IMG/VR virus record: IMGVR_UViG_3300012983_000033
Coordinates: 64,001 to 128,000 of that record
From: a virus
Lineage: Duplodnaviria > Caudoviricetes
DNA: 64,000 nucleotides
Direction: 5' to 3' (one strand)
The first letter of the stretch is position 1. The number at the start of each line of letters is the position of its first letter. Of the stretch, positions 10,152 through 20,132 are shown in pieces. The position numbers and the translations under genes are program-made. The notes under the pieces were generated by a model. The model ran no database searches, was not told the origin of the DNA, and saw nothing but the letters and a program-made list of their open reading frames with translations.

Positions 10152-11641
10152 TAAAATTCTCCTTTGTGTAATCTATTACGAATTGTCTGTAAGTTTTCTT
10201 CTATAAGCATTTCGCTATCCTTAAAGATAGGGCGAAGAAGATTGTTTTTATTATTACAAGCTTCTTCCCAAGTATATTCATCAGCATAACCAAGTTCAAA
10301 ATGACAGCCATTCCAGTCCATAACCGCACAATGTGCTACAACACAACAGCCTTTCTGTGATTTCTTGAAGCCGCCGTCTTTGGGGTCTTTAAAGATAAGA
10401 TAAGGCTTACCATTAATCTCACAGTAAGTAGCCTTAATACAAGAGCTGAATGTATCACGAGTGAAGGGTTTGAGGATACCGTCCTCTTCGACACACTGGA
10501 ATGAGAATGAACCAACACCAAGTGCTACATTTGAACAAGCAAAGCCGTTTCTTTCAAGAATACTATAAATTTCACGACAACGCTGAATTGTGATACTGTC
10601 ACCGTAGATAGCCTTTACGTGAGGGTCAAGAACTCTATAGCCCTTTGAGTTGATTGTACCGCCAAAGATATCCCAAAGCTTGAAGACTGTCTGAGTAACA
10701 ACCTCAACACAATCTCCTGAGTCGCCGCGAACGAGGAAGCAACCTTCGTGTTCAAGAATTTCTTTCTTGAGTTTGGGGAGAATATTGTCTACAACATTCC
10801 AATAATCATAACTATCACAAACACAAGAGAAAGATCTTGTGGGATAAATTTCAGTAAGAAGGCGTCTGATAAGAGTTTCTTCATCACCATCAACCGCATA
10901 ATTTGAACACATTACTGCGTGCTCTGTTGAGGGTGAACCAAAAGCAACTGGTTCTCTTGTACAGTCGCAATTATAATACTGTTCAAGATAGGGAATTGTA
11001 GGAACAGTTGCTGTATTAAGGAATGAAAGACACCAACCGGCACCAGCTTTTACAGCAGACTGAAGACACTCTTCACCGCGGAAGTCGAAGGCACCAAGTG
11101 CTCTTGCTCTTGAAACACTATCATCACAAGTCTTATCGTAAAACTCATTAACAATCTGACGGTAAGTATGTCCTACTGTTGCGGCGAGCATCGGATGCCA
11201 CATCTCTGCAGAAATAAGGCTTTCAAGTGCCTGCGGCAGCCACGCAAAATCGGGATGTGTATTTGTGATTGCGAACATCGGCACGTGCATTGGAACAAGA
11301 GTGCCTTCGGGAAGAGCACGAATTTCAATAGGAAGATAACCGACTCTCCAAAGCTGTTTGATTTTTTCAATGCCATAAGCACCCTTACCGAGTGCCGCAT
11401 CCATAATGCGTTCATACTGTGTAATCACTTCAAGAAAATCTCTCTTAAAGAAGTTGTCATTAAAGTAATCAATAAGATATTCTTTACAAAAACTCTGAAT
11501 ACCAAACATAACAACTTCATCCCACATCTTAACACGACTCATACGAGGTGTAAAATAGGAAACTGATTTTGTAATGCCCTTCGGGAGCATCTCTGCGTGA
11601 ACTGCTTTATAAAAGTCAATAAGTAACATAGGATTTGTCAT
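10151..11641 (-). CDS. Nicotinamide/nicotinate phosphoribosyltransferase family protein (NAMPT-like)
   Basis: DFYK..H, DFRG, STEHAVM, DSYD, VRGDSGD, YGDSI, K.SQKG motifs; start at MTNPM. Confidence 0.9.
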   Translation of the reverse strand: MTNPMLLIDFYKAVHAEMLPKGITKSVSYFTPRMSRVKMWDEVVMFGIQSFCKEYLIDYFNDNFFKRDFLEVITQYERIMDAALGKGAYGIEKIKQLWRVGYLPIEIRALPEGTLVPMHVPMFAITNTHPDFAWLPQALESLISAEMWHPMLAATVGHTYRQIVNEFYDKTCDDSVSRARALGAFDFRGEECLQSAVKAGAGWCLSFLNTATVPTIPYLEQYYNCDCTREPVAFGSPSTEHAVMCSNYAVDGDEETLIRRLLTEIYPTRSFSCVCDSYDYWNVVDNILPKLKKEILEHEGCFLVRGDSGDCVEVVTQTVFKLWDIFGGTINSKGYRVLDPHVKAIYGDSITIQRCREIYSILERNGFACSNVALGVGSFSFQCVEEDGILKPFTRDTFSSCIKATYCEINGKPYLIFKDPKDGGFKKSQKGCCVVAHCAVMDWNGCHFELGYADEYTWEEACNNKNNLLRPIFKDSEMLIEENLQTIRNRLHKGEF

Positions 11642-11642
11642 A

Positions 11643-12206
11643 TTAGTTAGCCTCCTTGAGATATTTAATAATTTCATTTCTGTGCATAAATACAAAGTTT
11701 GGAACGAGATTAAGAAGCACTCCTTCTTTAAGAGTTGGTTCAAGAAGGGCTTTTCTTACCATAGTTGCACTGATATTCTCAAATCTATCAAGAAATTTGA
11801 AACGCAGACACCAACGGTCATCTGTATCAAACCAACTGAGCATAATCTGAGGATTATCACTATAATAAATTGTCATATCTGGGTCGTGAGTATAACTGAG
11901 CATCTTCATAAAAAGATATCGACCCCACGCATATGAATTATCTGCCTCATCAGTTAAATCATTAAGCGGATGGATATGAACTCTGTGAAGTTCTTCTGAA
12001 CTTAATACTTCGTGAAGTGCGCCCTGAATAAGCATCATACGAAATTCAATCGGTAATGGATTTCGCTTTGTACCACACTTATCAGCACTACCAACAAAGA
12101 TATGCAAATCTCCGCAGTATTTACGAGCGTCATCGAGAGCTTTCTTTACCATACTTAAATGTCCATTATGAAAGGGCTGTGCCCTAAAAAGAATTACACC
12201 AGTCAT
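11643..12206 (-). CDS. NMN/NaMN adenylyltransferase (NadM-like)
   Basis: RAQPFHNGH (HxGH), GSA...RNPL, ISATMVR motifs. Confidence 0.85.
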   Translation of the reverse strand: MTGVILFRAQPFHNGHLSMVKKALDDARKYCGDLHIFVGSADKCGTKRNPLPIEFRMMLIQGALHEVLSSEELHRVHIHPLNDLTDEADNSYAWGRYLFMKMLSYTHDPDMTIYYSDNPQIMLSWFDTDDRWCLRFKFLDRFENISATMVRKALLEPTLKEGVLLNLVPNFVFMHRNEIIKYLKEAN

Positions 12207-12305
12207 ATTATTTTCCTTTCTTTTCTAACTTTCTATATATATTATAACAAAAATTTGAAAAAAAATCAAATAACCCTCTATTTAAGTAGAGGGTTATATC
12301 TTTAA

Positions 12306-12560
12306 TTATTCATTAACTAAGTGACAGTTAAAAGAACTTACGAGCCAAACTTTTCCTTCGGTATCTGTGATCTGAAGCTGTTCTCCGTCATAATCACGCC
12401 ACTTAGCAATTTTAATGGTCTTTGAAGTGCCGTCAAACATATCAATAATAGCTGTATCATATTCATAGTTGAGGTCTACAATTTGTTTATTAAATCCACA
12501 TCCTGTGAAAAGACAAGCAATAATCAATACACCGAGTATGATAGCAATAATTTTCTTCAT
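12306..12560 (-). CDS. Lipoprotein
   Basis: Signal peptide with lipobox LFTGC. Confidence 0.75.
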   Translation of the reverse strand: MKKIIAIILGVLIIACLFTGCGFNKQIVDLNYEYDTAIIDMFDGTSKTIKIAKWRDYDGEQLQITDTEGKVWLVSSFNCHLVNE

Positions 12561-12572
12561 TTTTATTTCTCC

Positions 12573-13043
12573 TTATTTCATCAATTCATTGAGGACTTTC
12601 TGTGCAATTTTCATATCGCAATTGTAAGTTTTAAGAATTGGCATTACGGTCTTCATAATCTTACCCTTATTTTGCATAGTAACAGGTATTTCATTTTTAA
12701 ATAAAATTTTATCAATGAGATTAGTAATTTTCGTTTCGTCAGTAATCAACTGGGGAGCATACTCATTTACAACTGTCATATTATACTGATATTCTGCCTT
12801 ACGTGTTGCATACTGTTCCGTATCAGGGCAGGTATCAATCATTTCCTGAACTGTTTTCTTGTACTTTGTCAAGACTTCATTTACAAGTGCGTCAGTAATT
12901 TCAACTCGTGTCTTACCTGAGGTTGAAGCCTTATCAATTGCCGCTACAATGTCTGCCAACACAGAGCGGCGGGCTTTATTACCACTTTTAAGTGATTCAT
13001 TCATATCATTTTTTATTTTTTCATATATCGTCATTATAATCAT
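12573..13043 (-). CDS. GatB/YqeY-domain protein
   Basis: EKIKNDM...LKSG.K.R..VL, Y.P.L, KGKIMK.VM pattern. Confidence 0.75.
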   Translation of the reverse strand: MIIMTIYEKIKNDMNESLKSGNKARRSVLADIVAAIDKASTSGKTRVEITDALVNEVLTKYKKTVQEMIDTCPDTEQYATRKAEYQYNMTVVNEYAPQLITDETKITNLIDKILFKNEIPVTMQNKGKIMKTVMPILKTYNCDMKIAQKVLNELMK

Positions 13044-13051
13044 ATCCTTTC

Positions 13052-13867
13052 TTATATATTTTCAACAAAAGAAACAAACTCTGTTTCTATATCACGTGGA
13101 AAGATTGATTTTGTAGTGAAGACGTGTTCAACAAGACCGCTATTGGGAAGGTCTCCTTTAAGCATAGTAGCTTCACAATGTGTTACATAAAGATATACAT
13201 TCTTCGCGCCCGCTTCCTTGAGAGCCTTGGCTGTATAATAAAATGTGCCGCCGCGTGAACAAATATCGTCAACAATAAGTACGTGTTTTCCAGCTACGAG
13301 TTCTTTATTCATAAGCTCGAGACCTTTAATTTTACCTGTTTCCCAATCTCTTTTCTTAATGCCAAAAGCATAGGGAACACCAAGTGATTCAGAATAGCGT
13401 TTCATCGCACCCTCATCGGGGAAACAAACAATAACACTCTCATCTGAAAGGTCTGTAAGAAATTCATAAATAGTTTTTGCATTGTTGTGTGCGGGGTCGA
13501 TAGGATGATAATTGTGAATAAGAGCCGCCGCAACATTACTATGCACATCATCACAGAATACAAGTTTAAAATTAAGTGAATTTAAAACTTCTGTAAAGTA
13601 TTTAAGAGTAAATACATCTTCGGAATTTTTTACTCTATCCATTCTTGCGTGAGGACAATAAGGCATATAAAGAACCATATCCATATTTTCAAAATGTTTG
13701 CGAAGACAAATCAGAGTAAAAAGTTCAGCATCGTTTTCATAAAACCATTCGATAAGCGTAATCTGGTTATCATCAAGGCTATCATAAACTCCCTGTTCAA
13801 TTTTCATCATAAGAGTATTATCAGGAAAATGTCCCTGTTCAATTTCAATACCGTTAAACTTAATCAT
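13052..13867 (-). CDS. Ribose-phosphate pyrophosphokinase-like protein (Prs/Adps-like)
   Basis: FPD, MPYCPHARMDR, DVHS, FPDEGA, VDDICSRGGTF, YVTH motifs. Confidence 0.88.
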   Translation of the reverse strand: MIKFNGIEIEQGHFPDNTLMMKIEQGVYDSLDDNQITLIEWFYENDAELFTLICLRKHFENMDMVLYMPYCPHARMDRVKNSEDVFTLKYFTEVLNSLNFKLVFCDDVHSNVAAALIHNYHPIDPAHNNAKTIYEFLTDLSDESVIVCFPDEGAMKRYSESLGVPYAFGIKKRDWETGKIKGLELMNKELVAGKHVLIVDDICSRGGTFYYTAKALKEAGAKNVYLYVTHCEATMLKGDLPNSGLVEHVFTTKSIFPRDIETEFVSFVENI

Positions 13868-13878
13868 AAAATCTCTCC

Positions 13879-14463
13879 TTAATCTTCGTTAATCACATTT
13901 ATCTGGCACATCTTCATTGCGGCGAGTGCATTTTTGTGAGATTCAGGTGTTACACCGGCACAGCAACTTGCATCAACTGTAATAAGAAGCTCTGGGCAAT
14001 ATGCCTTGAGAAGCATTGCATTTGAGATAACGCAAATATCTGTACATACACCCATAAGAATTACTTCGTCAATATCAATATGGGGGTTATCATTAACCAA
14101 ACCGCGAATTGTATTTGCAAGTTCGAGTGAACCAAAAGTGGGTTTAAGAACTCTACCCTTGCGAATATCGCGAGTTGAATAACTAAGGAAATTGCTACCA
14201 TAATCAGTATAGCTTGAAATTTGCTTATTAATACTCCAACCCGCAGTTCCTTCGATACAGTGCATAACGGGAAGATTTTTTCCTTCCTGAGTTTCAAGAT
14301 AATTAGACTGATGAGTGTCTTTGGTGAAGAAAAGAACTGTTTTTCCGTCATCAAGTTCGTGAAGTCTATCAACCATTACAGGAACAATCGCCTGAGCTTC
14401 TGGTGAACCAAGAGGACCGTCAATAAAGTCATTCTGCATATCAACTACTACAACAATTTTCAT
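13879..14463 (-). CDS. pncA: Nicotinamidase/isochorismatase-family cysteine hydrolase
   Basis: VVDMQNDF, DTH, HC..GT.GW, K.TFG, GVCTDICV motifs. Confidence 0.85.
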   Translation of the reverse strand: MKIVVVVDMQNDFIDGPLGSPEAQAIVPVMVDRLHELDDGKTVLFFTKDTHQSNYLETQEGKNLPVMHCIEGTAGWSINKQISSYTDYGSNFLSYSTRDIRKGRVLKPTFGSLELANTIRGLVNDNPHIDIDEVILMGVCTDICVISNAMLLKAYCPELLITVDASCCAGVTPESHKNALAAMKMCQINVINED

Positions 14464-14551
14464 ATATAAAATCTCCTTTATTTATTTTCTATAATAATTA
14501 TATAAAAAATTTGAGGAAAAAGCAAATTAACTTTTGCCTTTTCCTCTTTAC

Positions 14552-14755
14552 TTATCTATCTTTTACTTCGAAGTATGCGGCGAGACCAACTCCAGCTAAA
14601 ACAATAATTCCTATATAGGCTAAACCAATCCAAATAGAAAGTTGCATTAAATGTGCGCCAAATACTGCCATAAAGAATATCGCGCCCGCACATATAAAGA
14701 CAAAAAGGGTTCTCAATATCATAAGAATGAATTCTCTTAACCAATCTTTAAACAT
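14552..14755 (-). CDS. Small membrane protein
   Basis: Two hydrophobic segments. Confidence 0.55.
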   Translation of the reverse strand: MFKDWLREFILMILRTLFVFICAGAIFFMAVFGAHLMQLSIWIGLAYIGIIVLAGVGLAAYFEVKDR

Positions 14756-15012
14756 TATTTATCTCCTCTCCATTTCTCTTTTATATCTTCAAGGTAATCA
14801 GAAATGATAAACCAATTATCGTAAATTGTATATATAAGCGTCCCTAAAGGTATTGCCAAAACGATGATTAAAATAGTTATTGCGACCCATTTTAAAAATG
14901 TGAACAGCATAATCCATAAAAGCGTAAGCACAGAAAGTGCGAGTAAGCCGCCTATGATTATAAGCACTATGAGACAGACATTAAACATTCTTTCAAGCCA
15001 TTCTTCAAACAT
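14755..15012 (-). CDS. Small membrane protein
   Basis: Two hydrophobic segments; N-terminus resembles that of the downstream ORF (MF..WL). Confidence 0.55.
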   Translation of the reverse strand: MFEEWLERMFNVCLIVLIIIGGLLALSVLTLLWIMLFTFLKWVAITILIIVLAIPLGTLIYTIYDNWFIISDYLEDIKEKWRGDK

Positions 15013-15134
15013 TGTTTACTTCCTTTCTTAATCCATTACAATAGATACCATCTTGAGGATAATAATGAGCCAATAGGCAACCCAAAACCAAGCTGGCGCA
15101 TCAACAACATACGCTAAAAGTCCCATTAATATTA

Positions 15135-15470
15135 TCATTTATCTGTCTCCTTATCTTTTAAAGTCCAAACTTTTCCGTTTGCGTCTACTACATCATATTT
15201 TTCATATATTTCAACAAAAGGTGTATCATCATCAATTAAGACAGTATATTGATATCTGCCCGTTTCTACTGAAGGAGCACCCCAAATAATTCCAATAAAA
15301 ACAAGAAGACAAATGACTGCAGAAAAACCACCAATTGGAACCCAAATTGACCACTTATCGGCACTTAACATTATACCAAAACCTATTGCACCAATAATTG
15401 CGATTACAATTGCGGCTATCTTATAACTTTGAGCTATTTCCATAATTGGCTCTTGATATAATATTTCCAT
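15135..15470 (-). CDS. Two-TM membrane protein (similar to 4338..4700)
   Basis: Start MEILYQ; same architecture. Confidence 0.65.
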   Translation of the reverse strand: MEILYQEPIMEIAQSYKIAAIVIAIIGAIGFGIMLSADKWSIWVPIGGFSAVICLLVFIGIIWGAPSVETGRYQYTVLIDDDTPFVEIYEKYDVVDANGKVWTLKDKETDK

Positions 15471-15946
15471 TACTCTATCTCCTTTAAGTCTTCTTTTTCT
15501 ATCCAATAGGAATTTTTCCAATATGGGCAACGCATCTGCTGAATAAGATGCAAACAAAGCGTCATATAATCTTCAACTTGTTGTTCTGTCGGTTCTGCTT
15601 CGGGATCTTCATAATTATAATCATCCCACTGAATACTCTGAAGGGTATCGCATACTGTGCAAGAACCATAACCTACTTCTGTTATCATGTAATCGCCGCC
15701 AGACGGCTGATATCCGCGTCTGTGGAAGAGAAATAGCAGCGTGCCCTGATAATCACCGTGATCAACCTCAATAATCTCGGTTTCATCCCACAGTTCATAA
15801 GAATTTTCGCTATCATTAAGAACATACTTAATAATCATTTCAACCAAATTCTCATAATCCCAGAAATGATGACCTTTAGAAGTTGCAATTTTTTGTTTAA
15901 GAACTTCTTTATTCTTATCCCATTTATCTATACAATACTTATTCAT
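15470..15946 (-). CDS. Hypothetical protein
   Basis: GDYQG and YGSCTVCD motifs. Confidence 0.7.
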   Translation of the reverse strand: MNKYCIDKWDKNKEVLKQKIATSKGHHFWDYENLVEMIIKYVLNDSENSYELWDETEIIEVDHGDYQGTLLFLFHRRGYQPSGGDYMITEVGYGSCTVCDTLQSIQWDDYNYEDPEAEPTEQQVEDYMTLCLHLIQQMRCPYWKNSYWIEKEDLKEIE

Positions 15947-16464
15947 TATTCTGCCTCCTGAAATCTTCCCTCTTCATCAATAATGAAGTTGGTTGCATTA
16001 ACATATCCACCGTCATAGAAAAGCATATCTTCCTTAATATAGGCTCCGTTAAGGTCAAAATCCATATTCTCTTTTACAGAGAGAAGAAAACGCAATGCCG
16101 CTTCTTCAGTATCGAATTCAAGAGCATAACCCTCATTAGTTAATGGAAGATCGTCATAATACTTATTATAAATGTGAAATTTAAAATCAGGCAAAAGAGA
16201 ATCACTTTCTTCTTCACAATTTTCAGTTACTTCTTCATTCGCACACTCTTCTTCGTCATATGGATCTATAACATCGCTATAAAAACCACAAACATCCGTA
16301 ACACTATCATATTCAGCGAGTTCAAGCAAACACTCAGCCATTTCATCACGATCATCTACCATTGTGTCTACGATAATATCTATACAGCGTCTGCGTGCTT
16401 TTTCTTTTGTTGAGAAAAACTCGTATTCGTCATCTCTGGTCCAAACTACCCAAATTTCTTTCAT
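15946..16464 (-). CDS. Hypothetical acidic protein
   Basis: ORF, translationally coupled. Confidence 0.65.
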   Translation of the reverse strand: MKEIWVVWTRDDEYEFFSTKEKARRRCIDIIVDTMVDDRDEMAECLLELAEYDSVTDVCGFYSDVIDPYDEEECANEEVTENCEEESDSLLPDFKFHIYNKYYDDLPLTNEGYALEFDTEEAALRFLLSVKENMDFDLNGAYIKEDMLFYDGGYVNATNFIIDEEGRFQEAE

Positions 16465-16465
16465 A

Positions 16466-16807
16466 TTACATTACCTCCCACTGTTCAAGAAAAGTTTCAA
16501 GTCCGCCTGCCTCGGTTACAAATGCTATCATAATTGCACCAGTTGTATAACTGGCATTATCAAAGGTTTCAATAGAGTCAATCTGATATAATGATACTAT
16601 ATCACGATATTCTTCAATAGTTTCCTCAAGTGCCGCCGCAAGTTCCACCTCTTCTTCTTTATCTTCATCATAAAGATAAGGAGAAAGATAGCCACCCCAA
16701 GAGAAGCGATCAAATACTTTATAAATATCAATTCTTAAATTCATAAGTCTTTTTTCAGCAGGAGAAATTACTCTTTCTTCTGAAGTGTTATCAAGTGAAT
16801 ACATCAT
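16466..16807 (-). CDS. Hypothetical protein
   Basis: ORF with RBS. Confidence 0.6.
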   Translation of the reverse strand: MMYSLDNTSEERVISPAEKRLMNLRIDIYKVFDRFSWGGYLSPYLYDEDKEEEVELAAALEETIEEYRDIVSLYQIDSIETFDNASYTTGAIMIAFVTEAGGLETFLEQWEVM

Positions 16808-16819
16808 ATCTTTTCTCCT

Positions 16820-17131
16820 TTACCAACTTACATCAACAAGAATATGTTCATATGGATAATCTTCGGGAATTGTTGAATCAAGAAAACTTATAACAGCCAA
16901 TTGTTCAGGGGTGCTATAGTCTGCAAGAGCGTTGCCGTCACGGAACCACAGACACTTATAGCAATCATTCATATAATCGCCTTCCCAAAATACTCTTGCA
17001 AGATTTTTAATCTCAACATCGCTATGCTGATTAACAAGACTTGCAAGATAGCCTGCTTCAATAACAAAAGGAGTATCGAAAGAAAAAGTTGACTGTCCAC
17101 CTTTTGCTGAATAATAATGTACATTAAACAT
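16820..17131 (-). CDS. Hypothetical protein
   Basis: ORF from MFNVHY. Confidence 0.55.
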   Translation of the reverse strand: MFNVHYYSAKGGQSTFSFDTPFVIEAGYLASLVNQHSDVEIKNLARVFWEGDYMNDCYKCLWFRDGNALADYSTPEQLAVISFLDSTIPEDYPYEHILVDVSW

Positions 17132-17148
17132 AAAAATATCTTCCTTTC

Positions 17149-17400
17149 TTATCTCATAACTCTTAAGCCAATGACGGGTCCGATCCAAAGAATAAGGGCA
17201 CTTACTGTACTTGCAAAGAAGCATTTGATAACAGTTTTTCCTACCATTAATGCCGTGAGTGTACCTGCGTCAAAAGCCTTGCACGCATCAATAATCGGTC
17301 CGATGAACATTTCCCAGATTCCTACATAGGCGGCCGCGACAAAACTTCCCACGATAATAATACCGCCAATTATAAGTTTTATTGTGTCTTTTGCTTTCAT
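17149..17400 (-). CDS. Membrane protein
   Basis: Two TM segments; upstream promoter. Confidence 0.6.
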   Translation of the reverse strand: MKAKDTIKLIIGGIIIVGSFVAAAYVGIWEMFIGPIIDACKAFDAGTLTALMVGKTVIKCFFASTVSALILWIGPVIGLRVMR

Positions 17401-17502
17401 TAATAATTACACCTCTCTTAACTTTCTATAAATATTATATCAAAATTTTGGAATTTTTTCAAATAATAAAAAGAGGAGTTACAAGTGTAACTCCTCAATG
17501 TA

Positions 17503-17793
17503 TTAGAATGTATCAACTTCAAATTTTGTTTTTACTTCGTGTTCTTCAATATAGAAGAAACACTCGACATAACCATCAAGCATTGACTGAAGGTCAAAAG
17601 TAAGTCTATCAAAATTAAGTTCTTCACCACTCTGTTTTTCCTGCTTCAATTCAGCGATATAGGCATCAATCATATGACGCTGTGCTTCTGCTTTTGAGGT
17701 ATATATACCAACAACATCATAGCCGTCTCCATCGAAACAAACATAGACTTTCTGATTTTCATTTTCGTGATAATTGCATGTGTAAGTATTCAT
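17503..17793 (-). CDS. Hypothetical protein
   Basis: ORF with RBS. Confidence 0.6.
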   Translation of the reverse strand: MNTYTCNYHENENQKVYVCFDGDGYDVVGIYTSKAEAQRHMIDAYIAELKQEKQSGEELNFDRLTFDLQSMLDGYVECFFYIEEHEVKTKFEVDTF

Positions 17794-17816
17794 TCTTCAT
17801 TCTCCCTTTCTTTTTT

Positions 17817-18044
17817 TTAAACAGCAATATAATCATTAAAAGGAATCCAATCGTGTTCCTCAAATTTAATATCGTTTTCTTCTGCCATTTCAATCACATC
17901 TACGATGTTAAAGACACCACCGCAACAAGAACATATGATGACATCATTATAAGCGATACCATAAATTCTTTCGATGTTTTCGTATTCATCTGCGTCAAGA
18001 AAACTAACCATAGTAGGTTCGCTGTAATAAGATTTGATTTTCAT
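17817..18044 (-). CDS. Hypothetical protein
   Basis: ICSCCG motif; RBS. Confidence 0.55.
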   Translation of the reverse strand: MKIKSYYSEPTMVSFLDADEYENIERIYGIAYNDVIICSCCGGVFNIVDVIEMAEENDIKFEEHDWIPFNDYIAV

Positions 18045-18113
18045 TAGACATCAATTCCTCTCTTTTTTATCTTACATATATATTATATATGATTTTTATG
18101 ATTTTTTCAAATT

Positions 18114-19679
18114 TTATTTTGCAATTTTGAAATTATATGATGAAGTTAAAACAACATTATTAGCAATTTCACCAATGGTCTTATCACGATCGCCGCTATT
18201 ATATGCCTAAACAATGTTTTCTTTTGTTGAATATTTTATATTAATGCGTTTTGGCTCATTTACCTAAATATAATAATATATATTTTCTAAAATTTGTGAA
18301 GCTAAAACGAAGGTTTTTCCTGCAACAAAAAATAAAGAGTTTTTGTCGATATTTTGTAGCTCAGACATGTCATCTACTGCTAAATACATAAGACTACTTG
18401 CAAAAGCACTAAAAGCCTATTCTATTTGTGGAATCATATTTAATAAATTTTTTCTACGAGAAAGAAAGCTGTTCATTTGTGGTGTAGGATTATATTTCGC
18501 ACCAGATACAGCGGTTCCTTTTGATGAAATATAATATGGAACGTTAAAACCTAAACTACCATAAAAATTAGTAAGAATTTCTTTAACCTCTGTATTAGGC
18601 AATGTATTGAGCACTGTTTCTAAAGAGGCATTTGCAAAATAAGAAGAAAAATTTGAGTCAATATCTAATGCTGTATTTTTTACCTAAATACCAAAATTAT
18701 TTAATAATATATCTCTGTGAGGCTTTGCTTTGTCTTCTCCAACATGAAGTCCACCGAGCCAACGAATACTTTTTCCAATCTCTTCTATTCCAAGAAACTG
18801 TGCTAAATAATACATAGCTTTTATTTCTCCTAATAAACCAGTAATATCATGCTGATTATATCCTACAAAAAACGCAGTGGGATCTGCAACCAAAATATGA
18901 CCAATTATCTTTTTTATGTATGGGTCGCCTCCACAAACTTTGATTATTTCTTGGGCAACTCTAGAATTCATTTTTTGTAATTCTTTTTTATCTATATTTC
19001 GTGCCTCTGAAGGAGTTAAAAAATTTGTCTCTTCCTGCCAACTAAAATGAGCGTTTGCGTCCTACCCATTTTCTGAAACAGATAAAGTAAAAGCCTATGG
19101 TTTTATTTTTTGCTCTTTTGAAGCTTTTTTGTTGTAACTTTTTATTGCTTTATTTAAGGCTATTTTTTGTGCCTTAGATAATTCAGAAATTTTAAAAAAA
19201 CTTTTTCCATTAGAACTTTTCTATATTTTTGAAGCAGAGAATCTTATTTGTTTATTTCCTCCATGAAACTAATTAAGAACAATATTCATTACTTTTCCAT
19301 AGTCTACAACATCCATTTCTTTACAAGCATCCAATACTTCATCTTCTAAAAGGGCAGTAAAACTACTTACATCATAGCCTTTCATCTATTCATATCCTAT
19401 AAAGGCTTGTTTTAAGGCAGAGCCGGACAATGGACAAACCGCTTTTTCATATTGTTTTATTTTTTCATTTAATTCTTGTATTGAACCGACTTTTAATCTT
19501 GCTAAAATATTTTTTTCAATATTCTCGGCTCTTTTGATATCTTGTAGTATCTTCTAAATCCCCACTTGTTTTAAATTACTTAGCGTGGTTATCTTCTCTT
19601 GGCTTGAAAAAGATTGGGTAATATCATAATATCCAGTTAAACTCATTAAGTTAGTTGGAGACTATATTATTGCACTCAT
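18114..19679 (-). CDS. 521-aa protein with 11 in-frame TAG codons; possible PD-(D/E)xK-like nuclease fold
   Basis: GGAGGTG RBS, ATG 19679, no TAA/TGA until 18114; joins ORF-track fragments 18684..18971 and 18417..18614; H.DILL...GI(TAG)VKN motif. Confidence 0.8.
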
Positions 19680-19745
19680 TATCCCACCTCCATAAATTTC
19701 TTCTTATAATAAGTAAAAAAAAGAGTGGAAAACTCCACTCTTTCG

Positions 19746-20132
19746 TTATTCAAGTTCAGTTGTCTTTATATAAGATGTTGCAATATTACCACTTTTTATT
19801 TCAACATATCTTTCAGTAGCAATTTCAACTTTTACCTGCCTCATATCACTCTCAAATCGTACTTCTGCGGCGTACCAATAATTATTCTCTTGACATTCTG
19901 TCAAACCTTCCTCCCAATAGATCGCAAATAATCTTTCGCCGCCGTCCGTAGGAATTGATATAATACTTGTCGCGGATCTTGTCCAACGATGATTTTCATC
20001 AAATTCTTCTACGATAATTCTATTATTGCATAAAACTTCCCTCAACATAAATTCAGGAATATACTCATTATTATCATAAAGTCCAAGAAATTCGGTATTA
20101 TAATCTCTCATATTAACCTCTACATCCAACAA
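19746..20132 (-). CDS. Hypothetical protein
   Basis: HRW and W..GLTECQEN motifs. Confidence 0.65.
   Translation of the reverse strand: MLDVEVNMRDYNTEFLGLYDNNEYIPEFMLREVLCNNRIIVEEFDENHRWTRSATSIISIPTDGGERLFAIYWEEGLTECQENNYWYAAEVRFESDMRQVKVEIATERYVEIKSGNIATSYIKTTELE

Noticed and set aside
10151-11743. 530-aa NAMPT start at 11743
   Set aside because: Overlaps the NMNAT gene by 100 nt; GGAGG RBS supports ATG 11641
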